Source of the DNA: Haloarculaceae archaeon | GTDB taxonomy: Archaea > Halobacteriota > Halobacteria > Halobacteriales > Haloarculaceae | Reading direction: 5' to 3' | DNA: 52,577 nt | Assembly (NCBI GenBank): GCA_042217345.1 | Contig: JBDGSW010000154.1 | Coordinates: 1-52,577, forward strand | Part shown: positions 27,452 through 40,293 of the stretch, one piece after another | How positions within the stretch are numbered: position 1 is the first letter of the stretch | How the letters are laid out: each line of letters begins with the position of its first letter | The notes under the pieces: model-generated | Told to the model about the DNA's origin: nothing | The model's input: the letters and a program-made list of their open reading frames with translations, nothing else | Database searches by the model: none | Program-made: the position numbers and the translations under genes

Positions 27452-29011
27452 ATGTCATCCGAGGGACCGGACGACGCGTGGGCGCCGCCGCCGGCGGTCA
27501 GCGCCGCGGTGGACGCGCCAGCGGCCGCCGTCGGACGGGTCCCCGAACTGCTCTCCCTGCTCGACGCCGAGGCGGCGGCGACGCGTCTGGCGGCGGGCTG
27601 GGCGCTCGCGCTGGTCGCGATCGAAGCGCCCGACGCTTTCGAGCCGATCGCTCACCGGCTGGCCGATCGCGCGGCGGGCGAGTCCGCGTCGCCCGAGGCC
27701 CGCCTGGCGTTCTCGTACCTCGCCGAGCGCCGCCCCGAGGACGTCGAGAGCGTCCTCGACCGGCTCGAGGCCGAGGCCGAGGACCGGGCCGAGCGCCGCC
27801 GCTACCGGCGGGCGTCCCGCGGGTTCGCGCGCAGCGACTACTTCGCCCCGCCGTCGTTCGAGCGGGACGTCGGTCGGACGCGCCTCCCTTCTGAGGCGAG
27901 CGCGGGCAACCCCCGGCGCAGCTACCAGGGAGACGGCAACGTCGGCAGTGGCGCGTCCGGGGACGCGACGACTGCGGGGGCGAGTTCGTCCGGCGCTGCC
28001 GAGAGGGACGCCGACGCGGCACAAACCGACACGGCTGACGCCGACGCGGAACCGGCGGACGAGCCGGACGACGCCGGCGAATCCGGGCCCGCCGAGGGGG
28101 GGACGGAGATCGGAACAGGGTCGTCGGCGCGGCGGCGGAGCCGCCGGCGCGAGGCGCTGTCGGCGGCCGCCGCGGCCGTCGATGTCGAGTCGATCGCGGC
28201 GGCCAGCCGGTTCGACGAACTGACCGTCGTGGCGCCGCCGACGGCCGGTCGGTACGCCGACGTCTACCGGACGCGCGCGGTCCGCGACGGCGAGGAGTAC
28301 GCCGTCACGCTACAGCGGTTCGACCCGCCCGAGGACGGCGCCGAGGCGTTCACGACCGCGCTCGCGGAGGCGTTCGAGAACTGGCGGGCGGTGAGCGACC
28401 ACGAGGCCGTCGTCACCGTCTACGACTGGGGGCGCGAGCCGGCGCCGTGGCTGGCGACCGAGTACGCCGACCGGACGCTCGCCGACCGGATCGACCTCGG
28501 GCTCGAGGAGGCGATCTGGAACGCGCGGGTGATCGCCGAGGCGCTGGCGGCCGCCCACGAGCGCGGCGTCCTGCATACCGGACTGGATCCCGCCTGCGTG
28601 GTCTACGCCGACGACGTCACGGACTCGCGCCCGCGGCCGCAGGTCCGGAACCTCGGGCTGCTGGGCGCGCTCCGGGGACACGTCGCCGTCGGGTCGGCGC
28701 TGGACCCGCGGTACGCCGCCCCGGAGTACTTCGACGACAAGTTCGGCCAGATCGACCGGGCCACCGACGTCTACCACCTGGGCGCGGTGCTGTACGCGCT
28801 GCTGACCGGTCGGCCGCCGTTCCAGGGCGAGTACGAGACCGTCCGCCAGGGGGTCCTGTCGGCCCAGCCGACGCCGCCGTCGGCGATCAACCCCGAGATT
28901 CCCGGGTGGCTGGACGGGATCGTCCGCAAGGCGACGGCCAAGGGGAAGCTGACCAGGTACGAGACGACGATCCAGCTGGCCCGCGAACTCCGGCGCGGGG
29001 CGGAGGACTGA
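27452..29011 (+). CDS. Ser/Thr protein kinase-like protein (probable pseudokinase) with N-terminal helical domain
   Basis: C-lobe motifs YAAPE, TDVYHLG..LY.LLTGRPPF are present; catalytic motifs are degenerate (HTGLDP, NLG). Confidence 0.8.
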   Translation: MSSEGPDDAWAPPPAVSAAVDAPAAAVGRVPELLSLLDAEAAATRLAAGWALALVAIEAPDAFEPIAHRLADRAAGESASPEARLAFSYLAERRPEDVESVLDRLEAEAEDRAERRRYRRASRGFARSDYFAPPSFERDVGRTRLPSEASAGNPRRSYQGDGNVGSGASGDATTAGASSSGAAERDADAAQTDTADADAEPADEPDDAGESGPAEGGTEIGTGSSARRRSRRREALSAAAAAVDVESIAAASRFDELTVVAPPTAGRYADVYRTRAVRDGEEYAVTLQRFDPPEDGAEAFTTALAEAFENWRAVSDHEAVVTVYDWGREPAPWLATEYADRTLADRIDLGLEEAIWNARVIAEALAAAHERGVLHTGLDPACVVYADDVTDSRPRPQVRNLGLLGALRGHVAVGSALDPRYAAPEYFDDKFGQIDRATDVYHLGAVLYALLTGRPPFQGEYETVRQGVLSAQPTPPSAINPEIPGWLDGIVRKATAKGKLTRYETTIQLARELRRGAED

Positions 29012-29015
29012 TCCC

Positions 29016-29756
29016 GTGGCGCCGCTCCCCGCCACGACGGTGTTCGCGGACCAGCCCAGTCTCGCGTTCGTCGCGTTCATCGCCTTCAGCCTCATGTTCG
29101 CCCTCGGCGTGCGTTTCGCGCTGTACGCCTACTGGAACCTCCGCGCGACCGAACTCGCCGCCCAGGCGGTGCTGTGGGAGTACCTGGTCGTCGTCGGGTT
29201 GACCGCCGCGCTGTACGGCCTGCTCGGTGGCATCGAGGCCGCGACGTCCGTCACGCCCGGGGCGCGGCCGGTCGCCACGCCCTATCGCACCGGCGTGTTG
29301 CTGGCGACGCTGCTCATGCTCTCGCTGACGATGCGCGAGATCGCCGCCAACGGGGCGCTCTCCAACGCCGACGGCGACGCCGCCGGCTCGGGTCGGCGCC
29401 AGCTCGTCGAGATGGGGTTCGTACTCCTCGTCGCGGCGGCGTTCGCCGCCACCGGGCTGGCCCCACGCGCGCCGGGGACGATCGTCATCGTCGCCGTCAG
29501 CGCCCTCGCCATCGCCGCCTACGGGCGGCGCCAGCTGACGGCCTCGTCCGTCCGCGGGACGATGATCGACTCCCTGCTGCGCCACCTCCTGCCGGTCGTC
29601 GCCTTCGCGCTGCTCGTGCTCACGCTCGACGTCGGCGTCCTGGCCGGCCTCGCGCTGGTGATCGTCCGCCACATCCAGGTCGTGTTCGTCATCATGACCG
29701 CGACTACGCTCATGACCGCCACCATCAAGCTCCGCCAGAACGTCGCCGGCTTCTGA
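29016..29756 (+). CDS. Hypothetical integral membrane protein (about 7 TM)
   Basis: Seven hydrophobic segments; starts 4 bp after the kinase-like gene stop. Confidence 0.75.
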   Translation: MAPLPATTVFADQPSLAFVAFIAFSLMFALGVRFALYAYWNLRATELAAQAVLWEYLVVVGLTAALYGLLGGIEAATSVTPGARPVATPYRTGVLLATLLMLSLTMREIAANGALSNADGDAAGSGRRQLVEMGFVLLVAAAFAATGLAPRAPGTIVIVAVSALAIAAYGRRQLTASSVRGTMIDSLLRHLLPVVAFALLVLTLDVGVLAGLALVIVRHIQVVFVIMTATTLMTATIKLRQNVAGF

Positions 29757-29832
29757 CCGCGGACTCCATCCGATATTCATCCCTGATAATCTGGGCGGTG
29801 GGTTTATTACCATCGGTCGCAGAATTCCATTC

Positions 29833-29887
29833 ACTGGCACAGATCGCTGTGCCACCCCACCCACCCCCACCCCCCACACTTTCCTTT
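29833..29887 (+). ncRNA. Candidate small RNA (hairpin, C-rich tract, U-rich end)
   Basis: TTTATTA at 29803-29809; perfect stem TGGCACAG-atcg-CTGTGCCA at 29835-29854; C-runs at 29855-29875; TTTCCTTT at 29880-29887; lies between convergent genes. Confidence 0.5.
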
Positions 29888-29908
29888 CGACGCTCACTCG
29901 GTGAGCGA

Positions 29909-30571
29909 TCAGTCTAGGCAGACAGCGGGACGGTCGGCGATGACGCCGTCGACGCCGACGTGGTCGAGCGCCTCGGCGTCGTGTCGCGAGGGGACCGTCC
30001 AGGCGTTGACGGTCAGGCCCGCCTCGTGGGCGCGGTCGACGAAGTCGTCGACGCAGAGCTGCCAGTGCGGGTGGACCGCGGTGCAGCCCTCCGTGCGGGC
30101 GACGTTGAGGATGCCGTCCCTGCCGTCCTCCTCGGTGAGGTACGCCAGGCGGTCGGCGCCGGCGTCGGCGGCCTCGCGCAGGGCCTCGACCAGGAACGAG
30201 GAGACCAGCACGTCGACGCCCGCGTCGTCGGCCGCGTCCAGCGCCTCGGCGGCGAGCCCCCGCTCTTTGAGTTCGACGTTGAGTTCGACGTCTCCGGGGA
30301 TGGCTTCACAGACTGCTGCGAGCGTGGGTACGCCTTCGCCCGAGCCAAGCACGTCCAGATCGGCGAGCTCGTCGGCGGTGAAGTCGGCGACGCGGCCGGT
30401 GGCGTCGGTCACGCGGTCGACGGAGGCGTCGTGGATCACCACGAGGTCGCCCGAGCCACAGCGCCGGACGTCGACCTCGACGCCGTCGGCCACGCCGCTA
30501 GCGTCGCGGACGGCTGCGAGCGTGTTCTCCGGGTTCGTCTCGGCGAAGCCCCGGTGAGCGATACAGCGCAC
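29909..30571 (-). CDS. Glycerophosphodiester phosphodiesterase
   Basis: IAHRG, PENTLAA, EVDV, IHD..VDRVT, NVELK, WTV, GVDGVIAD. Confidence 0.93.
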   Translation of the reverse strand: MRCIAHRGFAETNPENTLAAVRDASGVADGVEVDVRRCGSGDLVVIHDASVDRVTDATGRVADFTADELADLDVLGSGEGVPTLAAVCEAIPGDVELNVELKERGLAAEALDAADDAGVDVLVSSFLVEALREAADAGADRLAYLTEEDGRDGILNVARTEGCTAVHPHWQLCVDDFVDRAHEAGLTVNAWTVPSRHDAEALDHVGVDGVIADRPAVCLD

Positions 30572-30694
30572 GTGGGCACCTCCGCAGCGGGGCGAGATAG
30601 GGTTTTTGCCGTGACCTGACAGCCCCGCGGGGCGAACGCGGGCGTTCGGCCGATCGAACGTAGTTTTTTGCGTCCGCGGTCAGTACGAACCGCC

Positions 30695-31402
30695 ATGCCA
30701 GTCGAGTTCGACTTCGCGGACGACGTCGTACTGGTCACGGGCGCGGGGGGTGCCCTGGGGAGCGCGGTCGTCGACGCCTTCGGCGCCGCCGGCGCCACCG
30801 TCTGCGGCGCCGACCTGGTCGGCCCGGAGAGCGAAGACTTCCTCGGCGACCCCGACGCCATGTGTATTCACGAGGCCGACTTCACCGACGAGGGGGACGT
30901 CGAGCGCGTGATCGACGAGGTGATCGACGAGCACGGGCGCCTGGACTACCTCTGTAACGTCGCGGGATCCTGGCGCGGCGACACTCCCGTCGAGGACACC
31001 GACGTCGAGACCTTCGAGTTCATGTTCGACGTCAACCTCAAGACGATGTTCCTGGCCTCGAAACACGCCCTGCCGCACCTCCAGGAGTCCGAGGGCGCCA
31101 TCGTCTCGGTCTCCGCGCGGTCCTCGCTGGAGGGCGGCGAGGGGGACGGCCCCTACCGGGCGAGCAAGGCCGGCGTCCGCCGGCTGACCGAGACCATCGC
31201 CGAGGAGAATCGGGGGTCCGTTCGCGCGAACGCGATCATGCCCAGCGTCATCGACACGCCGATGAACCGCGAGCTGATGCCCGACGCCGACCAGGCGCAG
31301 TGGGTCGCGCCCGCGGACATCGCCGAGACCGTGCTGGCGCTGTGTTCGGAGGCCACCAGCGTGACGAGCGGGGCCGCAGTGCCCGTGTACGGTGAGGCGT
31401 GA
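30695..31402 (+). CDS. Short-chain dehydrogenase/reductase
   Basis: TGAGGALG, NVAG, YRASK catalytic motif, RANAIMPSVIDT. Confidence 0.92.
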   Translation: MPVEFDFADDVVLVTGAGGALGSAVVDAFGAAGATVCGADLVGPESEDFLGDPDAMCIHEADFTDEGDVERVIDEVIDEHGRLDYLCNVAGSWRGDTPVEDTDVETFEFMFDVNLKTMFLASKHALPHLQESEGAIVSVSARSSLEGGEGDGPYRASKAGVRRLTETIAEENRGSVRANAIMPSVIDTPMNRELMPDADQAQWVAPADIAETVLALCSEATSVTSGAAVPVYGEA

Positions 31403-31519
31403 GCCTCGCTGGGGCGAGGCCAGGTCGCCACGGCGGTGAGCCGACTGAGCCGGCGGTGACTCCGGCGGCGGCGCGCCTGCCACGGGTGGGGCGACCGCGA
31501 TTGTCCGACATATGTCACA

Positions 31520-31526
31520 TTTTTTT
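31520..31526 (+). terminator. Oligo-T tract, possible terminator of the SDR gene
   Basis: T7 run in the intergenic region. Confidence 0.35.
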
Positions 31527-31663
31527 CCTGACGTGACGGGCGGTCTGGCGCACCGAAATCGCCCGCGTGTGCCGCGAACTGAGACGTGCGGTCGTATCGC
31601 TCCGTTGTCGTTACTGTACGACCACAGGTATTATCATCTCCAGCGTACAACCCGGGGGTGGAT

Positions 31664-33013
31664 ATGGCACAACGTGAAACCTGGGCGACCCGGGTCGGGT
31701 TCCTGGTCGCGGCGATCGGCAGCGCGGTCGGGCTGGGCAACATCTGGCAGTTCCCGTTCAAGACCGCGACGAACGGCGGGGCGGTGTTCCTCGTGTTCTA
31801 CCTGATCGCCGTGTTCCTGATCGGGTTCCCGGCGATGCTGGCCGAGTTCGTCCTCGGGCGGCGCACCCACCTGAACGTGATCGACGCCTTCGAGCAACTC
31901 GGCAAGCGCCAGTGGCGGTTCGTCGGCGCCATCGGGCTGGTAACTGGCTTTTGGATCCTGTCGTACTACAACGTGGTCGGCGGCTGGGTGCTGCGGTACA
32001 TCCTCGGCAGCGCGACGGGCGCGTACTTCGGCCACCCGGGCCAGTACTTCGGGGGCATCGCCTCCGGTCCCGAGGCGATCGCCGCGCAGTTCGTGTTCCT
32101 GGCGATCACCGTCGGCATCGTCGCCTTCGGCGTCGAGGACGGCATCGAGCGGGCGACGAAGGTGATGGTGCCGTCGATCGCGATCCTGATGATCGCGCTG
32201 GCGCTGTGGGCGTTCACGCTCGGCGGCGCCACGGAGGGCCTGCGGTACTTCCTCTCGCCGAACGTCGACTCGCTGGTCTCGAACGCCGGGACCGTCATCC
32301 CCAGCGCCGTGGGGCAGGCGTTCTTCACGCTCTCGCTGGGTATGGGTATCATGATCACCTACTCGTCGTACATCGGCCGCGACGACAACCTCCCGATCGA
32401 CGGCGGCATCGTCGTCGTCTCGAACACGCTCATCGGCGTGCTGGCGGGCCTGGTCGTGTTCCCGATCCTGTTCGCCAACGGCATCAGCGCCGACACCAGC
32501 GGGCCGTCGGCGGTCTTCGTCGCGATGGCGAAGGCGTTCGGCCAGCTCCCGGCCGGGAACCTGCTGGGCGTCGTCTTCTTCGGCGTCGTCGCGCTGGCGG
32601 CGCTGTCCTCGGCGATCAGCCTGCTCGAGGTGACGGTCTCGTGGGCCGTCGACAACTACGACGTCTCGCGGCCGTTCCTCGCGATCGGCGCCGGGGTCGT
32701 CCTGTTCCTACTCGGGCTGCCCTCGGCGTGGGGCAGCGGCGGCGTCTCGCCGTGGTTCATCTGGTTCGACGCGCTGGCGTACAAGCTGTTCCTGCCGCTG
32801 TCGGTGCTCGCCGTCCTCGTGTTCGTCGGCTGGGTCATCGCCGGCGACGCGCTGTCGGAACTGCGCCAGGGCGCCGGCGGTCTGCCGACGTTCGGCCCGG
32901 CCTGGCTGTGGCTCATCCGGATCCCCGTCCTGGTCGGTATGATCGTCACGCTGGCGCTGGGCATCCAGGCGCTGTTCCTCGCTCCGGACGCCGCCTTCTT
33001 CGCACCGTTCTGA
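31664..33013 (+). CDS. Sodium-dependent transporter, SNF/NSS family
   Basis: RETW..R.GF..AAIGSAVGLGNIWQFP, NGGAVF, QAFFTLSLGMG, SSAISLLE. Confidence 0.95.
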   Translation: MAQRETWATRVGFLVAAIGSAVGLGNIWQFPFKTATNGGAVFLVFYLIAVFLIGFPAMLAEFVLGRRTHLNVIDAFEQLGKRQWRFVGAIGLVTGFWILSYYNVVGGWVLRYILGSATGAYFGHPGQYFGGIASGPEAIAAQFVFLAITVGIVAFGVEDGIERATKVMVPSIAILMIALALWAFTLGGATEGLRYFLSPNVDSLVSNAGTVIPSAVGQAFFTLSLGMGIMITYSSYIGRDDNLPIDGGIVVVSNTLIGVLAGLVVFPILFANGISADTSGPSAVFVAMAKAFGQLPAGNLLGVVFFGVVALAALSSAISLLEVTVSWAVDNYDVSRPFLAIGAGVVLFLLGLPSAWGSGGVSPWFIWFDALAYKLFLPLSVLAVLVFVGWVIAGDALSELRQGAGGLPTFGPAWLWLIRIPVLVGMIVTLALGIQALFLAPDAAFFAPF

Positions 33014-33027
33014 GTGACACCACCTCG

Positions 33028-33033
33028 TTTTTT
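33028..33033 (+). terminator. Oligo-T terminator of the SNF transporter gene
   Basis: T6 run 15 bp after the stop, between convergent genes. Confidence 0.5.
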
Positions 33034-33060
33034 CGCGCCCGCGCCGCGGAGCTGCGGCGC

Positions 33061-33687
33061 TCAGCGGACGAGGTACGGGTCGGCGTCCGCGACGAACCGT
33101 CCGAGGTCGGCCTCCCGGCGGTAGTCCGTCTCCCGCAACTCGCGCAGGGCCGCTACCAGCGCGCGTTCGTCGTCGTCGGTCCACTCGCCGGGATCTTTGA
33201 TCGGGTAGACGAGGAAGCCGCCGCCGGGGACCTCCGCGGCGTGGGCGGCCGCGAGGTCGTCGGGCGGGGAGCGCGCGGTGTAGTTTCTGAGGACGTACGC
33301 CGTCGCGCGCTCGCCGACGGGCAGGAGGACGTGGGCGGTGATCGCCCGCAGCTCGGCGTCGAAGATCGGTTCGAGGGCGGCGTAGTCGGCGTCGGTCGGT
33401 TCGCCGTCGTCGGGGGGACAGGGGTACAGATACGAGAGGAAGGTTCGGTCGACAGTCGGGGGCGTACCGGGCGTCTCCAGGAGGCCGGCGGCGACGAGCG
33501 CGCACTGGAGGCGTTCCGCGGTTGCAGTACCCGTGAAAGGGACACCCGAGTCGGCGCCGCCGTGGACGCCGGGATGGTCGCCGATCACCTGGAAGTGGGC
33601 GTTGGCGTCGCCGTAGCCGGGGACGAAGGGGTCGCAGGGCGCGGACATGCCGAAGGGGTTCGACAGCCGGTCGGTGACGTTCTCCAC
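33061..33687 (-). CDS. Uracil-DNA glycosylase superfamily protein
   Basis: VPGYGDANA.F.VIGDHPG..GG..SGVPFT and ELR......LLPVGERA resemble the UDG family 4/5 scaffold. Confidence 0.75.
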   Translation of the reverse strand: MENVTDRLSNPFGMSAPCDPFVPGYGDANAHFQVIGDHPGVHGGADSGVPFTGTATAERLQCALVAAGLLETPGTPPTVDRTFLSYLYPCPPDDGEPTDADYAALEPIFDAELRAITAHVLLPVGERATAYVLRNYTARSPPDDLAAAHAAEVPGGGFLVYPIKDPGEWTDDDERALVAALRELRETDYRREADLGRFVADADPYLVR

Positions 33688-33803
33688 GGCGGTCCCAGGG
33701 CGGTGGCGACGAAAAGCGCGGGGGTCCCGGCGGGGCGGACCGCCGGCCGACGCCGTGATGGAGTGCGAACGTTTATTCGCGCCAGCACGTAGTTTCCCCC
33801 GAC

Positions 33804-35765
<1,962 letters not shown>

Positions 35766-35901
35766 GCGGCCGCCGTCCGTTTCGGAAATCGATGAAATAG
35801 CGAAGCGAGGCCGGACACCTATCAGCACCTATGGGGTATCCTCCCGCGACGTGGGGACCGCCGGTACGCTTTTCCTTCGGACCGCAGTAGACACGCGAAA
35901 C

Positions 35902-38067
35902 ATGACCACACCGCCGGCGACCGAGGGGGCGACGGTCGAACTGACCGAACGCACGTACCGGGCGCTCAGGCGGGCGACCGAGTCCTATCGGGAGGACCTC
36001 GTCCTCCGACTGGGCGCCGAGGCGGGCCTGCGACCGGCCGAGATGGCGCGGCTCCGGCTGAGCGACGTCGAGTCGTTCGTCGCCCGCGGCCGCGAGCACT
36101 ACTTCGCTATCGTCGATTCCGACGAAGCCGACGCCGAGCGCCGGACCGCGTACCTGCCGCCGGCCGTCGAACACGACCTCCGGCGGTACGCGACGACGGC
36201 CGGCGTCGCGGACGGCGAGCGGTTCTTCTCGGTCACGCCGCGGCGCCTGCAGATGCTCGTCTCGGAGGTCGCCGACCGGGCCGCCGACCGGACGGGGATC
36301 GACGAGTTGGGGTCGGTCTCCTCGCGGACGCTCCGGCGGTACTTCGCCCGGCGGCTGCTGGTCGAGGAGGGCGTCGATCCGGCGGTCGTCCGCGCCGTCG
36401 GCGGCTGGCGCCGCCTGGCCAGCCTCGAGCCGTACGTCCTCGAACCGGACCGGGACGTCATCGCCGACGCCTTCGCGGACACGTCGCTGTGGGCGGGCTT
36501 GGGCGACCGCCTTGACGCCGAGGCGGTCGCGCGGGTCGTCGACGAGGCGGCCCTGCCGCTGGTCGTCACGGACGCCGACGACGTGATCGCGTACGCCAAC
36601 GAGCGTTTCGGTAGCGTGACTGGAACCGAAGCCGGGGAGGCCGTCGGCCGCCCGCTCGACCGGTTCGTCGCCGACGGCGAGTGGCGGTCGCCGCGCGGGC
36701 GCGCCGGCGACGATCCGACGGTCGCGGCCGTCACGCTGGTCGGAGCCGACGGCGACGGGTGGCCCGCGCGCTGTCGGGTGGCCCGGGTCGACGGGGCGGA
36801 CGGACGCGGTCGGTCGCTGGTGGTGTTCGACGGTGCGGGCGACGCCACGGCCCCACTCCGCGACGGCACGACCCGGCTCGACGGCGTGCTCGACCGGATC
36901 GCGGCCGTGCGGGACGCGCTGGCGACGGCGTCCACCCGCGAGGAGATCTGCCGAGTCGTGGCCCGGGAACTGACCGACGCCGACGCCTACCGTGCCGCCT
37001 GGGTCGCCGAGGTGACCGGCGACGGCCTGGACGTCCTCGCCGCCGCCGACGGCGACGCCGACGCGTCCCCCCCGACGGCAGTCGGCGGTGCGGTGGCGAC
37101 GGTCGTCGAGACGGGCGCGACGCGTTCGACGCGCGACGTGTCGAGCGGCGGTGAGTTCGCCGACTGGCGCGCGCACGCCGACGCGGCAGGCTACCGGGCG
37201 GCCGCCGTCGTCCCGATCGGCGACGACGGGGCCGTCGAAGCGGTCCTCGGCGTCGGCGCGGCGACCGTCGGCGAGCGCGAGCCGGCGCTGCTCGCCGAAC
37301 TCGGCGCGCACGTCGGGCAGGCGCTGACCGCCGCCGAGCAGCGCAAGCTACTCCTGGCCGACACCACCCTCGAGCTTACCTTCGAGAGCGACGACGAGAC
37401 GGCCGTGTTCGCGGCCGCCTCGCGCGCCCACGACTGCCGCGTCGCGCTCGACGGCGTCGTCCCCGGCGAGCGGGGGACGCTGCTGTACTTCGTCAGGGTC
37501 GCCGACGCCCGCCCCGAGCCGGTCATCGAGTGGGCGACCGACTGCGAGGCCGTCGCCGACGCCCGGCTGTTGCGCGACCGCGGCGAGGAGGCGTTGCTCG
37601 AACTCGGGATCACCGGCCCCGATCCCTCCCACTGCCTGGCACACAGCGGGGCGACGATCCGCGACCTCGTCGCCGCCGACGGGACCGAGCGGATCGTCTG
37701 CGACGTGTCGGCCGACGCCGACGTCCGCGCGCTGGTCGACGACCTCAAGACGTCGTTCCCGGACACCGAACTGCGGACCAAACGCGAGCGCGAGCGCCCG
37801 CCCGAACCGGAGCCGTCGGTCCGGGACGCCCTCCGCGAGTCGCTGACGGACAAGCAGGCAGCCGTCCTGCAGGCGGCGTTCCACGCCGGCTACTTCGAGT
37901 GGCCGCGCGGCAGCACCGCCGAGGAACTGGCCGACTCGATGGGCGTCACCTCCCCCACGTTGCACAACCACCTCCGGCGCGCCCAGCAGAAGCTGCTCTC
38001 GGCGTTCTACGGCGACGGCGAGTCGCGCCGCACGGCCGACGCCTGGCCCGGCGACGACGGTCGCTAA
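35902..38067 (+). CDS. Tyrosine-recombinase-domain / PAS / GAF / Bat / HTH-10 fusion regulator
   Basis: N-terminal GLR..E, SRTLRR, GGW-x8-Y; PAS (YANERF..VTG....EAVG); GAF (YRAAWV, GYRAAAVVPI); C-terminal LTDKQ..VLQAAFHAGYFEWPR.STAEELA..MGVTSPTLHNHLRRAQ. Confidence 0.88.
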   Translation: MTTPPATEGATVELTERTYRALRRATESYREDLVLRLGAEAGLRPAEMARLRLSDVESFVARGREHYFAIVDSDEADAERRTAYLPPAVEHDLRRYATTAGVADGERFFSVTPRRLQMLVSEVADRAADRTGIDELGSVSSRTLRRYFARRLLVEEGVDPAVVRAVGGWRRLASLEPYVLEPDRDVIADAFADTSLWAGLGDRLDAEAVARVVDEAALPLVVTDADDVIAYANERFGSVTGTEAGEAVGRPLDRFVADGEWRSPRGRAGDDPTVAAVTLVGADGDGWPARCRVARVDGADGRGRSLVVFDGAGDATAPLRDGTTRLDGVLDRIAAVRDALATASTREEICRVVARELTDADAYRAAWVAEVTGDGLDVLAAADGDADASPPTAVGGAVATVVETGATRSTRDVSSGGEFADWRAHADAAGYRAAAVVPIGDDGAVEAVLGVGAATVGEREPALLAELGAHVGQALTAAEQRKLLLADTTLELTFESDDETAVFAAASRAHDCRVALDGVVPGERGTLLYFVRVADARPEPVIEWATDCEAVADARLLRDRGEEALLELGITGPDPSHCLAHSGATIRDLVAADGTERIVCDVSADADVRALVDDLKTSFPDTELRTKRERERPPEPEPSVRDALRESLTDKQAAVLQAAFHAGYFEWPRGSTAEELADSMGVTSPTLHNHLRRAQQKLLSAFYGDGESRRTADAWPGDDGR

Positions 38068-38263
38068 CTGTTTAGTGACGCCCGTCTCTCCGGGCGAGAC
38101 GCCCTCTATCCGGACAGTGGGTGTGGTTCCCACACGAACTGGAACGGCGAGTGGGTTGTCGAGCGTGTACGCCGGGCGGATATCTCGGGCGAGGCCGGCT
38201 TTCGCTCTTGTAATAATTAGCTTCGAGACTTAACCGGACGGTGGTGGACGTTCGTGATGGACT

Positions 38264-40246
<1,983 letters not shown>

Positions 40247-40293
40247 CCCCCGGACTCATCGACTGAGACCACCAAACCACCCACCCACGAACT

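Noticed and set aside
35902-36480. Integrase domain as a sign of a provirus or integrative element
   Set aside because: It is fused in frame to a regulator among housekeeping genes, with no adjacent tRNA/att site, cargo genes or obvious compositional shift.
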